A DNA stretch of 64,000 nt. It comes from Blastocatellia bacterium. GTDB lineage: Bacteria; Acidobacteriota; Blastocatellia; UBA7656. The notes beneath the pieces were generated by a model that was given only the letters and a program-made list of their open reading frames with translations, was not told the origin of the DNA and searched no databases. The translations under genes and the position numbers were made by a program. Below are positions 55,019 to 64,000 of the stretch, piece after piece (within the stretch, counting starts at the first letter, position 1; each line of letters begins with the position of its first letter). Location of the stretch: contig JBIOWC010000196.1 of assembly GCA_044868105.1 (NCBI GenBank), positions 198 through 64,197 on the forward strand, in the 5' to 3' direction.

Positions 55019-56965
55019 TCAAGTAAGACCATTCGATAATTTGGAAAACCTGCCAATAAAGCCGCCGCCGGCGCGTAAGTCAATCGTCAAAACGGTTGTC
55101 GCATTGACAGTGGCCTGCTCCAGGTTGACCGCCGCTGCGTCGTCCGGTTTATCGCGCACGAGCAGGGCTTGATACTTGGTCTTATCGAGGAATGAAAGCG
55201 CCACTTGAATGGTCTTTGCCGTTGCCCCATTGAGCACGGCGAGAAACCACCGGTCACCCTGGCGTCGAGCAAAAGCGGCGATTTCGCCAATTTCACAAAC
55301 CGGCAGCGCCAGGGTTTCATCCCAGACGCTCGGCAAACTTTTAATCATCTCGACCGCCGGATTCTCTAAAATATTTTTCGGGTGCGCGCCGTAAATGAGT
55401 ACCGGTGAGGTGAAGATGGCCGCCGTGGCAATCTGATGCGCCCAGGAAGTTTCCCGCCGGCGCTCGCCGAAATGCACAGGCGTGTAATCGGCGTGCCCGG
55501 CGAGCAGTCGTGTGAACGGCAACGTCGTATTGTGAACTGCCCGGGTTTGCATGTTGCGATATTCCAAGCCGCGAAGGCCTTCGCGGGTCATTTCATTTGG
55601 AAAGGTGCGCGCTTCGCCCGCGGGTTTATTCGCGCCATGAAAATTAACCATGATGCGGTGCCGGGCCGCGTCTTTGAGCATCGCTTGATAGAGGTCAATA
55701 ATCTCTTTCGCTTCGTGGTCAAAAAAATCTATCTTCGCGCCGACCACCCCAACCCGGTTGCAAAGCTCAAAAAAGTTCTGCCGCGCCGCGGCGCTTCGGA
55801 GTTCCTTGCTGTGTTTCCAAAACCACACGCCGACCTGTTGTTGCCGCGAATGCGCAACCAATTCGCGCATCTCATCTTCGCTCCACTTCTGCCAGAAGCC
55901 TTCGACGATGTTGTATTGAAAGCCCAATTTGCCCGCGAGGCTGGAGAAATTTTTCATCTCTTCAAGCGTGTTCTCGCCCCCATCGAGATATTTCCACACC
56001 GCCCGACCGGGCTTGACCCAATCGGTATGCAAGCCTTCAGGAAATAGTTGTTTGTCGGGTGGCGGCGAAACGTTGTGAACGATGTCGCAGTTGACCAGCG
56101 CATTCAAATCCGCACCGACCATCACCACCCGCCAGGGGGTGATAATCGTGCCGCTAATCACCGCCGGGCGCGACAACCGCTCAACATCGCTTTCGTAACG
56201 CAGCCTGAACGGATAACTGACCGGTTGCGCGTGTCCGAGTTGCGTTTGAAAACCCCCTTGCCCATCGGCGCGCAGTCCCATGCCGCTATAGCCTGCGAGC
56301 GCCGCTTCGGTGATTGCGGCATAGCCGACACCATTTGGCAGTTTGATGGTTAAAGGCGGCGCAGCCCATTCGCCGTTTTTTACATCGGCCATCGCTTTGC
56401 GCATGTGAATGCCTTCGTAATGTCCCTCAAAATCGTGATACCAGACGGTACTTCCGGGGGCAATCATAAAACCGGTCGCTTCATCCGGCAGGCGCTCTCC
56501 TTCACCCGGAATAACCTGGCGAAAAGCAATGCCGTTGTTGAAGGCGCGCACCTCAATGGTAAACCGCGTCTGGCTCGCTTTATGGAGCACAGAAATCTTC
56601 GCGCCGCTGGCGCGGTTGACGGCTTCGCTGTGGACGCCACGCCAGGGGTATTTTTCATTCACGTGGTAGGTCTCTCGTTTACCGAGTTCAACGTCGTAAC
56701 CGAGATTGACATTGTTGAGGAGAAGGCCGAGGGCTGAGGGTTCAATCACGGCTTTGCCGTTGAATAGAATTCGATAACCGAGTTGCGACGCGGCGCGCCA
56801 GAGCAGTTCAAATTGCACCTTGCCGTCGGGGCTGGCAACTGTGATGGGGTTCGCGGCCAAGATTTTGAACGAAGGCCGAGCGAGTACCCCGATGGGCGCG
56901 GCAAATGTGGCGGCCAGAAAGCTGCGACGCGAAGGGATTCGTGGGTGTCGTTGGTTTTTTCTCAT
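55019..56965 (-). CDS. Glycoside hydrolase, GH97-like (alpha-glucosidase / alpha-galactosidase family), Tat-exported
   Basis: Tat leader SRRSFLAATFAAPIG. The TIM-barrel segment GVVGAKIDFFDHEAKE ... VNFHGANKPAGE resembles the GH97 GiKvDFmdR / HG..KPtG motifs. 648 aa. Confidence 0.5.
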   Translation of the reverse strand: MRKNQRHPRIPSRRSFLAATFAAPIGVLARPSFKILAANPITVASPDGKVQFELLWRAASQLGYRILFNGKAVIEPSALGLLLNNVNLGYDVELGKRETYHVNEKYPWRGVHSEAVNRASGAKISVLHKASQTRFTIEVRAFNNGIAFRQVIPGEGERLPDEATGFMIAPGSTVWYHDFEGHYEGIHMRKAMADVKNGEWAAPPLTIKLPNGVGYAAITEAALAGYSGMGLRADGQGGFQTQLGHAQPVSYPFRLRYESDVERLSRPAVISGTIITPWRVVMVGADLNALVNCDIVHNVSPPPDKQLFPEGLHTDWVKPGRAVWKYLDGGENTLEEMKNFSSLAGKLGFQYNIVEGFWQKWSEDEMRELVAHSRQQQVGVWFWKHSKELRSAAARQNFFELCNRVGVVGAKIDFFDHEAKEIIDLYQAMLKDAARHRIMVNFHGANKPAGEARTFPNEMTREGLRGLEYRNMQTRAVHNTTLPFTRLLAGHADYTPVHFGERRRETSWAHQIATAAIFTSPVLIYGAHPKNILENPAVEMIKSLPSVWDETLALPVCEIGEIAAFARRQGDRWFLAVLNGATAKTIQVALSFLDKTKYQALLVRDKPDDAAAVNLEQATVNATTVLTIDLRAGGGFIGRFSKLSNGLT

Positions 56966-57035
56966 ACCTTTTTCCTGAAAATTATTAAAAAAATGGCCCT
57001 GCCTGATTTCAACCCGGGTTTTGAAACCTGCGTTT

Positions 57036-58289
57036 TCACGCTTTCCCCTTGGTCTTTGGAAAGAGCAAATGGCTGCGCTCGGCGGCCTTCATTTCCGGCA
57101 GTTTCGCCAGTAAGGATTGATAGGGGTTATCGCTATATTTACTTGCGGCGCGCCGCAGCAGCGGGAATAACATCTGCGGCGGCCATTCGCCGAGTTGTTG
57201 ATACGGCCATTTCAGTTCGCCCATAGCAAACGGGATAAGAAAATCGAGCGCCCGTCGAATGCCGCGCCCATCGCGGGTTTGAAACTGCCACAAGTCCATA
57301 CCGACGCTTTCACCCAGGGCGGCGAGCTGCATCAAGCCATCAAGATTGCCGACACTGTAGCTCCAGGCTTTGGTGCGCGCCAGTTCCAGCGGTTGCCGAC
57401 CGTCGGGCTCAACTTGCAGGGCGATGCGTTTCGCTTTGGCGGTTTGCAAAATCCGCGTCGCAAGGTCGCGCTTGCCGAGAAAGAGCGCAAAGGAGGCCGT
57501 CTGTAGGTCATAATAAGTTCCGTGATTATTCTTGGCGGCGGCTTCGTCGCGTCCGTTTTTGCTCTCCAGCATCCACTCAAGGAATTTGGCGAACCAATGT
57601 TCAACGCCCTGTTGGTCGGCGCTTGTCCAGTTTTTAGAACCGGCAAGTAAGCCGATGGCGTCAACGACGCGCGTCAGGCCGCGCGTTTCAATGAGGCCAA
57701 TGCCGCGCCCGGTGTTGATGCCGGGGATGCCTTGCGCATATTGCAGATTCGCATTCATGCGGGTGGCCCGGTCGAGAAACCAGGCGCGCAGCAAGACCGC
57801 CGCTTTCGCCGCGTATGCTTCATCGCCTTTGAAGTAGTAAGCGAGCGCCAGGGTTTCGACTGCGGTCACCATTTTGTCGAGGCTTTGATGGTCGGAAATT
57901 TTGTTGATTTCAGGATTGCGTTCGCCGTCGCGCCGTAGGTAAGGCCGCCCGTCGGGAGTTTGCGGATTGCGCCAGAAATAGGGCGCTTGACTCATATAAT
58001 CGTGTTTATCGCCGCTCGGCGGGGTGGCGGCTTTCGTAACCACAGAGAAGCGTTCTGCGGCGAGCGCGTTTTGCGCTTCGCTTTCAAGTTTCGCAAGCGC
58101 CGGCGCCAGGCTTTTATCGCCGGCGCGCGCGCTCTCTCTTACCGCTTCAAGATGCTTGGCGTTGAGCAGAAAAATTCGCAATTGATGTGCTCGCACGACC
58201 GAAGCCGTGGGGGTGCGTTGAGAGGGGGCTGAAAGCGCCACCAGCAGAATCAGTAGACCGGTCTGTAACAGACATCCGATGGTTTTCAT
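57036..58289 (-). CDS. Alginate-lyase-family (PF05426-like) protein; paralog of 34775-36097
   Basis: KNNHGTYY and RAWFLDRATRMNANLQYAQGIPG align with the paralog's KNNHATCW / RAWFVDPHTRMNPHLKYAQAIQG. Signal peptide from the ATG at 58289 (MKTIGCLLQTGLLILLVALSA). Confidence 0.5.
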   Translation of the reverse strand: MKTIGCLLQTGLLILLVALSAPSQRTPTASVVRAHQLRIFLLNAKHLEAVRESARAGDKSLAPALAKLESEAQNALAAERFSVVTKAATPPSGDKHDYMSQAPYFWRNPQTPDGRPYLRRDGERNPEINKISDHQSLDKMVTAVETLALAYYFKGDEAYAAKAAVLLRAWFLDRATRMNANLQYAQGIPGINTGRGIGLIETRGLTRVVDAIGLLAGSKNWTSADQQGVEHWFAKFLEWMLESKNGRDEAAAKNNHGTYYDLQTASFALFLGKRDLATRILQTAKAKRIALQVEPDGRQPLELARTKAWSYSVGNLDGLMQLAALGESVGMDLWQFQTRDGRGIRRALDFLIPFAMGELKWPYQQLGEWPPQMLFPLLRRAASKYSDNPYQSLLAKLPEMKAAERSHLLFPKTKGKA

Positions 58290-58498
58290 ATCCGATTGGT
58301 AAACCGACTTCTCCTTTGACCACGATTTTCCGTCAATCCGCAAAAGGATGAAGAAGCGACAAGCTCAAAGGGTGAAGAGGCGATTGGGAAAAACCATCCA
58401 AACAATTTCTCAATCTTGATTCGCAAATCCCTCTGGTCGAAGAAGTGAATGACCATCGAATCGTCAGCTCTTCATTTTTTTCTTGTGCGCTGGCGACG

Positions 58499-59818
58499 CT
58501 AGACCTGGTCGCGCTCTCTTCGGCGCACGAAGAGTTCATCCTGTTTTGGTTCTGCGTCGCATTCAATGGCAATGGTCGTGATGGGCTCATCCGGCGCGCG
58601 CTCCGGTAGCCCCATAAACTGCACGCGATACTGATCCTGTTTAAATGCGACCTTCTGCCCGCTCGCCAGCAAACTTGCGGATTTGACTTTGTTCAGTAGT
58701 CCGGCGATAGCGACTGTACTGCCGGGCCAAAAATGGACGTGCAGGTAAAGCGTGTTGCCCTTGCGCGAGAAACTGCCAAAGCGGCAGCGGCGCGGCTGAC
58801 AACGGTCAGCGCCATAAAGCGAGCCACCGTTTTTATCCATCCACGCGCCAACGGTGGTGAGGATGCGCAGGGATTCTTCGGGCACTGAGCCATCCGCTTT
58901 CGGCCCGATGTTGATGAGGTAGTTGCCGCCATCATGCGCGCAAGTGATGAGGTTGCGAATCACCTGTTTCGGCGTTTTCCAGGCGTCATCGTTTTGGTGA
59001 TAACCCCAACTGTCGTTCATCGTCATACAGGATTCCCAGGCTTTGCCGCCTTCGGCCGCTTCGATGCGCTGTTCGGGGGTGGCAAAATCGCCGGGCAGTT
59101 TGTTGCGATTGTTGACAATAATGTCGGGCTGCAACTCGAAGACCATATGATTCATCTTCTCAGACTCCCAACCCTTGGCGTCCAGCGGCCACGAGACGTC
59201 GTACCAGAGAATGTCTATCTTGCCGTAATTGGTCATCAGTTCGCGCAGTTGCGTGTGAATGTAATCCACAAAACGCCGTCGCGCCGCTTCATCTTCGGCG
59301 CAGCGGGCGCCATCCGGGTGATGCCAGTCCATCAGCGAATAATAAAATCCCACGCGCAAGCCTTCGGCGCGCGCCGCTTCGACATACTCTTTCACCAGGT
59401 CGCGACCGGCAGCTTGTTTAGGAGCGCAGTAGGAGGTGGTTTTGGTGTCAAAGAGGCAGAAGCCTTCGTGATGCTTGGTCGTCATCACCATATACTTCAT
59501 GCCGGCGCGGCGCGCCAGACGTGCCCACTCGCGCGCCGCATTCGGTTTCGGTTTGAACTGTTTTGCCAGTTGCGCGTACTCCGTAACCGGAAGGCCTTCC
59601 ATCTCCATCACCCATTCGTGGCGCCCGACGACGCTGTAGAGCCCCCAGTGGATGAACATGCCAAACTTGGCCTCGTGCCACCATTGCAGGCGGCGAGCCC
59701 GGTCGCTTTGTTCGTCAGGGCTTGGTCGCGCCGCTGCAGTAGATAAATCGGCGGCGGCAAGCGCCGCCCCCGCTCCGAGTAATTTGAGATAATCACGTCG
59801 GGATAGGTCTTTGTGCAT
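58499..59818 (-). CDS. Glycoside hydrolase family 29 alpha-L-fucosidase (Tat-exported)
   Basis: Tat leader SRRDYLKLLGAGAALAAA. GH29 motifs WWHEAKFGMFIHWGLYSV, MKYMVMTTKHHEGFCLFDT and FYYSLMDWHHPD. Confidence 0.9.
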   Translation of the reverse strand: MHKDLSRRDYLKLLGAGAALAAADLSTAAARPSPDEQSDRARRLQWWHEAKFGMFIHWGLYSVVGRHEWVMEMEGLPVTEYAQLAKQFKPKPNAAREWARLARRAGMKYMVMTTKHHEGFCLFDTKTTSYCAPKQAAGRDLVKEYVEAARAEGLRVGFYYSLMDWHHPDGARCAEDEAARRRFVDYIHTQLRELMTNYGKIDILWYDVSWPLDAKGWESEKMNHMVFELQPDIIVNNRNKLPGDFATPEQRIEAAEGGKAWESCMTMNDSWGYHQNDDAWKTPKQVIRNLITCAHDGGNYLINIGPKADGSVPEESLRILTTVGAWMDKNGGSLYGADRCQPRRCRFGSFSRKGNTLYLHVHFWPGSTVAIAGLLNKVKSASLLASGQKVAFKQDQYRVQFMGLPERAPDEPITTIAIECDAEPKQDELFVRRRERDQV

Positions 59819-59860
59819 GGTAATTTGTCGCTCTCCTTACTTAAGAAGTTAATCCTCAAC

Positions 59861-62800
59861 TTAGAAGTTAATCCTCAACGAGCCTTGCATAATGCGCGGC
59901 GAGCGGGCCGAAATGGGCGCGCCAAACCGCGTATTGGTCTGTTTGCCAGCGGCATCGAAGGTCATCGCTCCATCAATGTCGCGGAAATTCACCCGGTTGA
60001 AAAGATTGTAAGTCTCCCAACGAAATTGCAAACGATGCCGCTCACCAAGCGGAATATTTTTGAAAAATGCCAGGTCGGTATTGAACGACGCCGGAAGACG
60101 AATCGAGTTCCTCCCCAGATTGCCAATGGCCCCGGCAGTTGTGGGCTTGACGAAACACGAGGTATCAATCAGGTACTCGGTTCCGGTCGGGTCGCGCAGA
60201 TAGGTTTTCTGATTCGGGTCACAAATCAGATTCGGACGGGCATTGATTGAACCGCCGGTGAAGTCTGTGATATTCGTCGCTCCCGCCGTCCCGGCAAAGG
60301 TCCAGTTCAACCCGGTGCCGGTGCCAAAGACTTTCGGTTTGCCGCTCGCATAAGAGGTGGTGCCGGAAATTTGCCAGCCATCGAAGAGCGCTTTGACGAA
60401 GCCCTTTTCCCACAGTCGGCTGAGCCCCGGCAGGTCCCAGATGTAGTTAATGGTAAAAATGTGCGGCTGATCGAAGTCCGCCGGCCCATAATTGAACGCC
60501 CGGTAAGGTCGCCCATTAAAAACATCCGAAGAATCGTCATTGGCATAATCAAAGGTCTTTGACCAGGTATAGGCAATGCCATACTGAAAGCCATGCGTAT
60601 AGCGGCGATTGACCTGAACCTGTAGCCCGTTATAGTTCGAGGAACCGGCGTAGACGACGGTGGTGATCGCCCCGTAACCTTGATAGGGTCGCAGGAAATT
60701 ATCGGCCAGGGCTCCGGTTTGATTCGGTCCGTTTATGCCGACCGCCGCAAACGGATTGCGATTTTCCGGGTGCAGATTCAGGAATTTCGCGCCGTCGGGA
60801 ACCTGATTAATATCGCGGCGCTCTCCGAGGTGTCGGGTGAGCGAGCCCACATAACTGACCTCCATCACCGTCTGCAAACCGATATCCTGTTGAATGCCGA
60901 ACGAGAAGTTGTAAGTTGTCGGGGTATGCGAGTGGCTCTCAACCGCATTGATTGAACTCGGCGAATTGAGCGCCGTGCCGACCAGATTAACCAGGTTGTC
61001 GATGTTGCCAAAATCAATTGTCAGATTGGTCTGAAACGGTTGGTTGTTGACCAGGTTGCCGCCCGTCGTGCCGCCACCGGCGCGCGGCGCATGATAGACG
61101 CCGCCCATCGCGCGTAGCACGGTCTTCCCTTTACCCAAAATGTCCCAGGCTAAACCGAAGCGCGGTTCCCAATCAATCGGCTGAACATCTTTGAAACCTT
61201 TGGGCGTACCCGATTCACCGGCTAGCGCTAGTCCATTATTCGGGTCGCCGCTTCCTAAAACGAAAGTGCCAACCAAGTTGGTGTTGGTAAACAGTTGCCC
61301 GGTACGCGGGTCCTGGGCGCGACGGTTAGCGGTTGCACAAGCCGCGGTCGCCGGCGTGCCGCCGACGCAGAACGGACGATAGAGCAGTTGCGCTTTGGCC
61401 GGGTCAAAGCGCACCGGATCAAAGTTTGAGGCCAGGTCATCGCGCTGTCGCCATTGCGTGTGATAGCCCAGGCGCAAGCCATAATTCAAGGTGAGTTGTC
61501 GGTTCACTTTCCACTGGTCCTGCGCGTACCACTGCAAAAGGACAATCTCCAGATTGGTAAAGGGACGTGAATTCGATTCCTGATAACTTCTGAAATTACC
61601 GGTGAGCGCATTTGCATAAGCATAGCCGGTGTTGCCAAGAGAGGCCGAGAAGGCGCTATCGGTGCCGCTGAAATTGAAGACTCCGGACCATTGCCCGCCC
61701 GGCGCTTCGCCGTTCAGCACCCGTTCATAATAGGCGCCGAATTTATAACTGTGCTCGCCGCGCGTGATGGACAGGTTATCGGCAAACGAAGGGCGAATAT
61801 AGTCATTGCCGGTTTCGCCCCAGCGGTCAAGCCAGTTGATGTTGGCCGGCGTACCTTGAACGCCGCTCCAATTGGTCGCTCTGGGGATGGTGCCGAGCCG
61901 GTTGTTATCGGGGAAGAGTTGCGGCGCCGTATAGTTCAAGGCGCTGCGTTGCAGGCGTTCAATCTCGCCATCGGAAGGCACAAAGCCTTCGGAATCATGG
62001 CGCATCCCAAAATTGAATTCATTAACCATCGTTGGACTGAAGATATGCACCCAGTTGGCCGACCAGCCATTGTCTTTGTAAAGGTAATGCGAACTGATGC
62101 CCCAGCGGTTTTCATCATTGCCGGGCCAGCCCGAAGTTCCGGTGCCCTCGTTATCCGATGTCCACCATTGCGCCTTCCAATAGATGCTGTCTTTATTCGA
62201 TGGCTTCACATCAAAACGAATCACCTGACTGCGTTTGGGAACATCAACCGGGCTTTGCACCACATAATTAAACGCCCCGCCGGTTGCGGTGCGCCCGCCG
62301 GGCGTATTGGGTAAGGGAAAATAATTGAGCAACGCTTGCCCGCTCTTATTAATGCGGGATTGCGGAATGATATTCAAGCCAAGGGGATTGGCGGCCGTGG
62401 CGCGCGACGGGTCGCGAAAACAGGCGCTTTGGTCGGTGGCGCTGCAGTTGCCCGTGCTAATCAACGGGTCGCGAACAAAAACTTTCGCGCCGGTCGAATT
62501 CACCGACTGCGAGAAATCGCCGGCGCGTTCGAGCGCTGTCGGCATCGTGACAAAACGCGGGTCTTGCGGCGTAATCTGGTGGGGTCTTTCATAGGAATAA
62601 AAGAAGAAGAGTTTATCTCTGGTCTTGTTGGGAAAGAGTTTCGGGACTTGCACCGGGCCGCCGAAATTCAGTCCCCAGATGTTGTGCCGATAGAGCGGCC
62701 GCCCGAGCCCCGCTTTGTTATTGAAAAAAGGCGCCGCGTTGAGCGCTTCGTTGCGAATGAAGTAGTAGCCGGAGCCGGCGTAGTGGCGATTGCCGCCTTT

Positions 62801-63547
62801 CGAGACCAGATTAATCAGCGCGCCGCCATTGTTGCCGTACTCTGCGTCATAGTTATTGCGCAAGACCTTGACTTCGGCGACCGCATCCTGATTGATCGTC
62901 ATACTCAATTTGTTTGAGCCGCTCGGTTCACTGGCATTCAATCCATCAACCGAAGCGACGGTGGAGCGGCCGCGTTGCCCGGAAATGTTCGGCAGGTCGG
63001 TGCCGAAGCCTTCGCCCACCGCTTCGATGTCGTCGTTATTCGAGGTTCCGGGTATCAGCCTGAGGAGCGAGGTCACATCGCGTCCTTTGGTCGAAATCAA
63101 GGCAATCTGATCGGCCGTCAACCGCGCCGTCAGGTCGCTTGATTGGGTTTCGATTCTTGTCCCTTCAGTGGTGATGCTGACCGTTTCGCTCACCTGTCCG
63201 GGTTTGAGTTCGAGATGACCAAGCGCCAGAATTTCGTTGGCGCTCAAAACAATTCTCTTTTGTTCGAGCGTCTGAAAACCCTGCTGTTCGATTATCACCG
63301 TATAGGTGCCTGGTTGAATTGCCGCGAAACTGAATCTCCCCTCATCGTTTGCCGTAAGCCCACGCACATTGCCCGTTTGTTCGTTGACCAGCTTGATGGT
63401 AGCTCCGGCAATAATAGCCCCCGAAGCATCAACGACGGTGCCGGAGATGGTGCCGGTAACCGTTTGACTGAAGGCCGCGCTCGCAGGCAGTCCGACCATC
63501 AGCAACGCCATGAAAACTGTTAAGCAGTTTTTCCTGAAATAAGCCAT
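59861..63547 (-). CDS. TonB-dependent outer-membrane receptor with N-terminal CarbopepD_reg domain (second copy in the locus)
   Basis: Signal peptide, then GTISGTVVDASGAIIAGATIKLVNEQTGNV...PGTYTVIIEQQGFQ, plug and barrel. The C-terminus is ...GSLRINF. 1228 aa. Confidence 0.9.
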   Translation of the reverse strand: MAYFRKNCLTVFMALLMVGLPASAAFSQTVTGTISGTVVDASGAIIAGATIKLVNEQTGNVRGLTANDEGRFSFAAIQPGTYTVIIEQQGFQTLEQKRIVLSANEILALGHLELKPGQVSETVSITTEGTRIETQSSDLTARLTADQIALISTKGRDVTSLLRLIPGTSNNDDIEAVGEGFGTDLPNISGQRGRSTVASVDGLNASEPSGSNKLSMTINQDAVAEVKVLRNNYDAEYGNNGGALINLVSKGGNRHYAGSGYYFIRNEALNAAPFFNNKAGLGRPLYRHNIWGLNFGGPVQVPKLFPNKTRDKLFFFYSYERPHQITPQDPRFVTMPTALERAGDFSQSVNSTGAKVFVRDPLISTGNCSATDQSACFRDPSRATAANPLGLNIIPQSRINKSGQALLNYFPLPNTPGGRTATGGAFNYVVQSPVDVPKRSQVIRFDVKPSNKDSIYWKAQWWTSDNEGTGTSGWPGNDENRWGISSHYLYKDNGWSANWVHIFSPTMVNEFNFGMRHDSEGFVPSDGEIERLQRSALNYTAPQLFPDNNRLGTIPRATNWSGVQGTPANINWLDRWGETGNDYIRPSFADNLSITRGEHSYKFGAYYERVLNGEAPGGQWSGVFNFSGTDSAFSASLGNTGYAYANALTGNFRSYQESNSRPFTNLEIVLLQWYAQDQWKVNRQLTLNYGLRLGYHTQWRQRDDLASNFDPVRFDPAKAQLLYRPFCVGGTPATAACATANRRAQDPRTGQLFTNTNLVGTFVLGSGDPNNGLALAGESGTPKGFKDVQPIDWEPRFGLAWDILGKGKTVLRAMGGVYHAPRAGGGTTGGNLVNNQPFQTNLTIDFGNIDNLVNLVGTALNSPSSINAVESHSHTPTTYNFSFGIQQDIGLQTVMEVSYVGSLTRHLGERRDINQVPDGAKFLNLHPENRNPFAAVGINGPNQTGALADNFLRPYQGYGAITTVVYAGSSNYNGLQVQVNRRYTHGFQYGIAYTWSKTFDYANDDSSDVFNGRPYRAFNYGPADFDQPHIFTINYIWDLPGLSRLWEKGFVKALFDGWQISGTTSYASGKPKVFGTGTGLNWTFAGTAGATNITDFTGGSINARPNLICDPNQKTYLRDPTGTEYLIDTSCFVKPTTAGAIGNLGRNSIRLPASFNTDLAFFKNIPLGERHRLQFRWETYNLFNRVNFRDIDGAMTFDAAGKQTNTRFGAPISARSPRIMQGSLRINF

Positions 63548-64000
63548 GCTACTTCTCCTTTCACAAGTATCCTCTTAGAGAGCCTGTCCAATTCCGGTTC
63601 AGGCAAAACGCGCGCGTGGTTCAGCTATGGCGCTTGCGCAAAGCCCTCTTCAATAAGCGCCTCGGTCTGCGCTTTTTTGTGGGATCATTTAGAGAGTACG
63701 ATTATGGATTTTGATTTCGCCGGCCGCGTTGAGTCGCGGCTTTCTCATAGCTTGAAGCTATGGGCGGACAACCAGGTCGGCGACAGTATAGTTGATTTTG
63801 TTACCGATAACAAGTACTATTTTTACCGGTAACATTACCAACAACGGGTTGCCGCCAAGCGCTACCTCGCGGCATATTTCCCCGCCACTTCCACGCCGCT
63901 TTGCAAGCCGTTTGCTGAGCATCGCCAAGCGGAGGTTTCCGGGTACCTGTCGTTGAACGGGGGTCGGGCGGCAGCTGACAACAAACTAAAGGCGATGGAG

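Overview
This is a 64-kb bacterial chromosomal window with moderately high GC overall and several AT-rich patches. I support 47 protein-coding genes; no rRNA, tRNA or CRISPR array was seen. The gene content fits an Acidobacteria-type genome: two ~1200-aa TonB-dependent receptors with a carboxypeptidase-regulatory-like N-terminus, Tat-signal periplasmic enzymes, and many glycoside hydrolases. That is an inference from protein architecture, not a database result.

Gene blocks, in order:
- 1-2184: a 5'-truncated WD40-repeat/caspase (peptidase C14) fusion.
- 2782-4791: a family-39-like membrane glycosyltransferase.
- 4795-9066, minus strand: a tight five-gene operon rich in oxygenases. It holds a Rieske oxygenase, an acyltransferase-like protein, an SDR and a ferritin-like di-iron protein. 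I consider it the best candidate for an undescribed tailoring or biosynthetic system.
- 9-15.5 kb: a housekeeping stretch with an AlbA_2/HATPase_c_4 regulator, ComEA, an FmdB zinc ribbon, an asparaginase II, a class-V aminotransferase and a radical SAM SPL-like protein.
- 15.5-18.7 kb: an AT-rich patch with an AraC regulator and a beta-lactamase-family/TPR protein.
- 19.0-20.3 kb: a peroxiredoxin and a YkgJ protein.
- 20.6-25.8 kb: a plus-strand operon-like block. It has a 953-aa M48 membrane metallopeptidase, a double zinc-ribbon membrane protein, RNA 2'-phosphotransferase KptA and an orphan FtsX/MacB-type permease.
- 25.8-29.7 kb: a 361-aa secreted protein, a LarA-like protein and an FAH-family hydrolase.
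- 29.9-34.5 kb: a sugar ABC importer. A low-GC SMI1/KNR4 (SUKH)-like gene is inserted between its substrate-binding protein and ATPase genes.
- 34.7-63.5 kb: a PUL-like glycan and sugar-acid utilisation locus. It contains two alginate-lyase-like paralogs, an IlvD/EDD dehydratase, an ACS-family MFS transporter, a KdgD/DapA-family enzyme, an SDR, a Zn-ADH, a divergent Nramp-like transporter and an SMP-30 lactonase. It also contains GH95 and GH29 fucosidases, a GH97-like hydrolase, a Tat-exported Gfo/Idh/MocA oxidoreductase coupled to ApbE, and the two TonB-dependent receptors.

Non-coding highlights:
- A two-copy family of intergenic elements built from inverted heptamer-repeat arms (TTAGG-like) around a conserved core (13308-13447 and 29729-29918).
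- A cluster of REP-like GCCCTGAAAGGGC hairpins (32598-32782).
- A 26-bp perfect inverted repeat (45066-45172).
- Two further repeat-dense intergenic regions (2330-2700 and 18513-18741).
- A candidate ~105-nt sRNA or attenuator upstream of the peroxiredoxin.
- A near-consensus sigma70 promoter upstream of the M48 gene.
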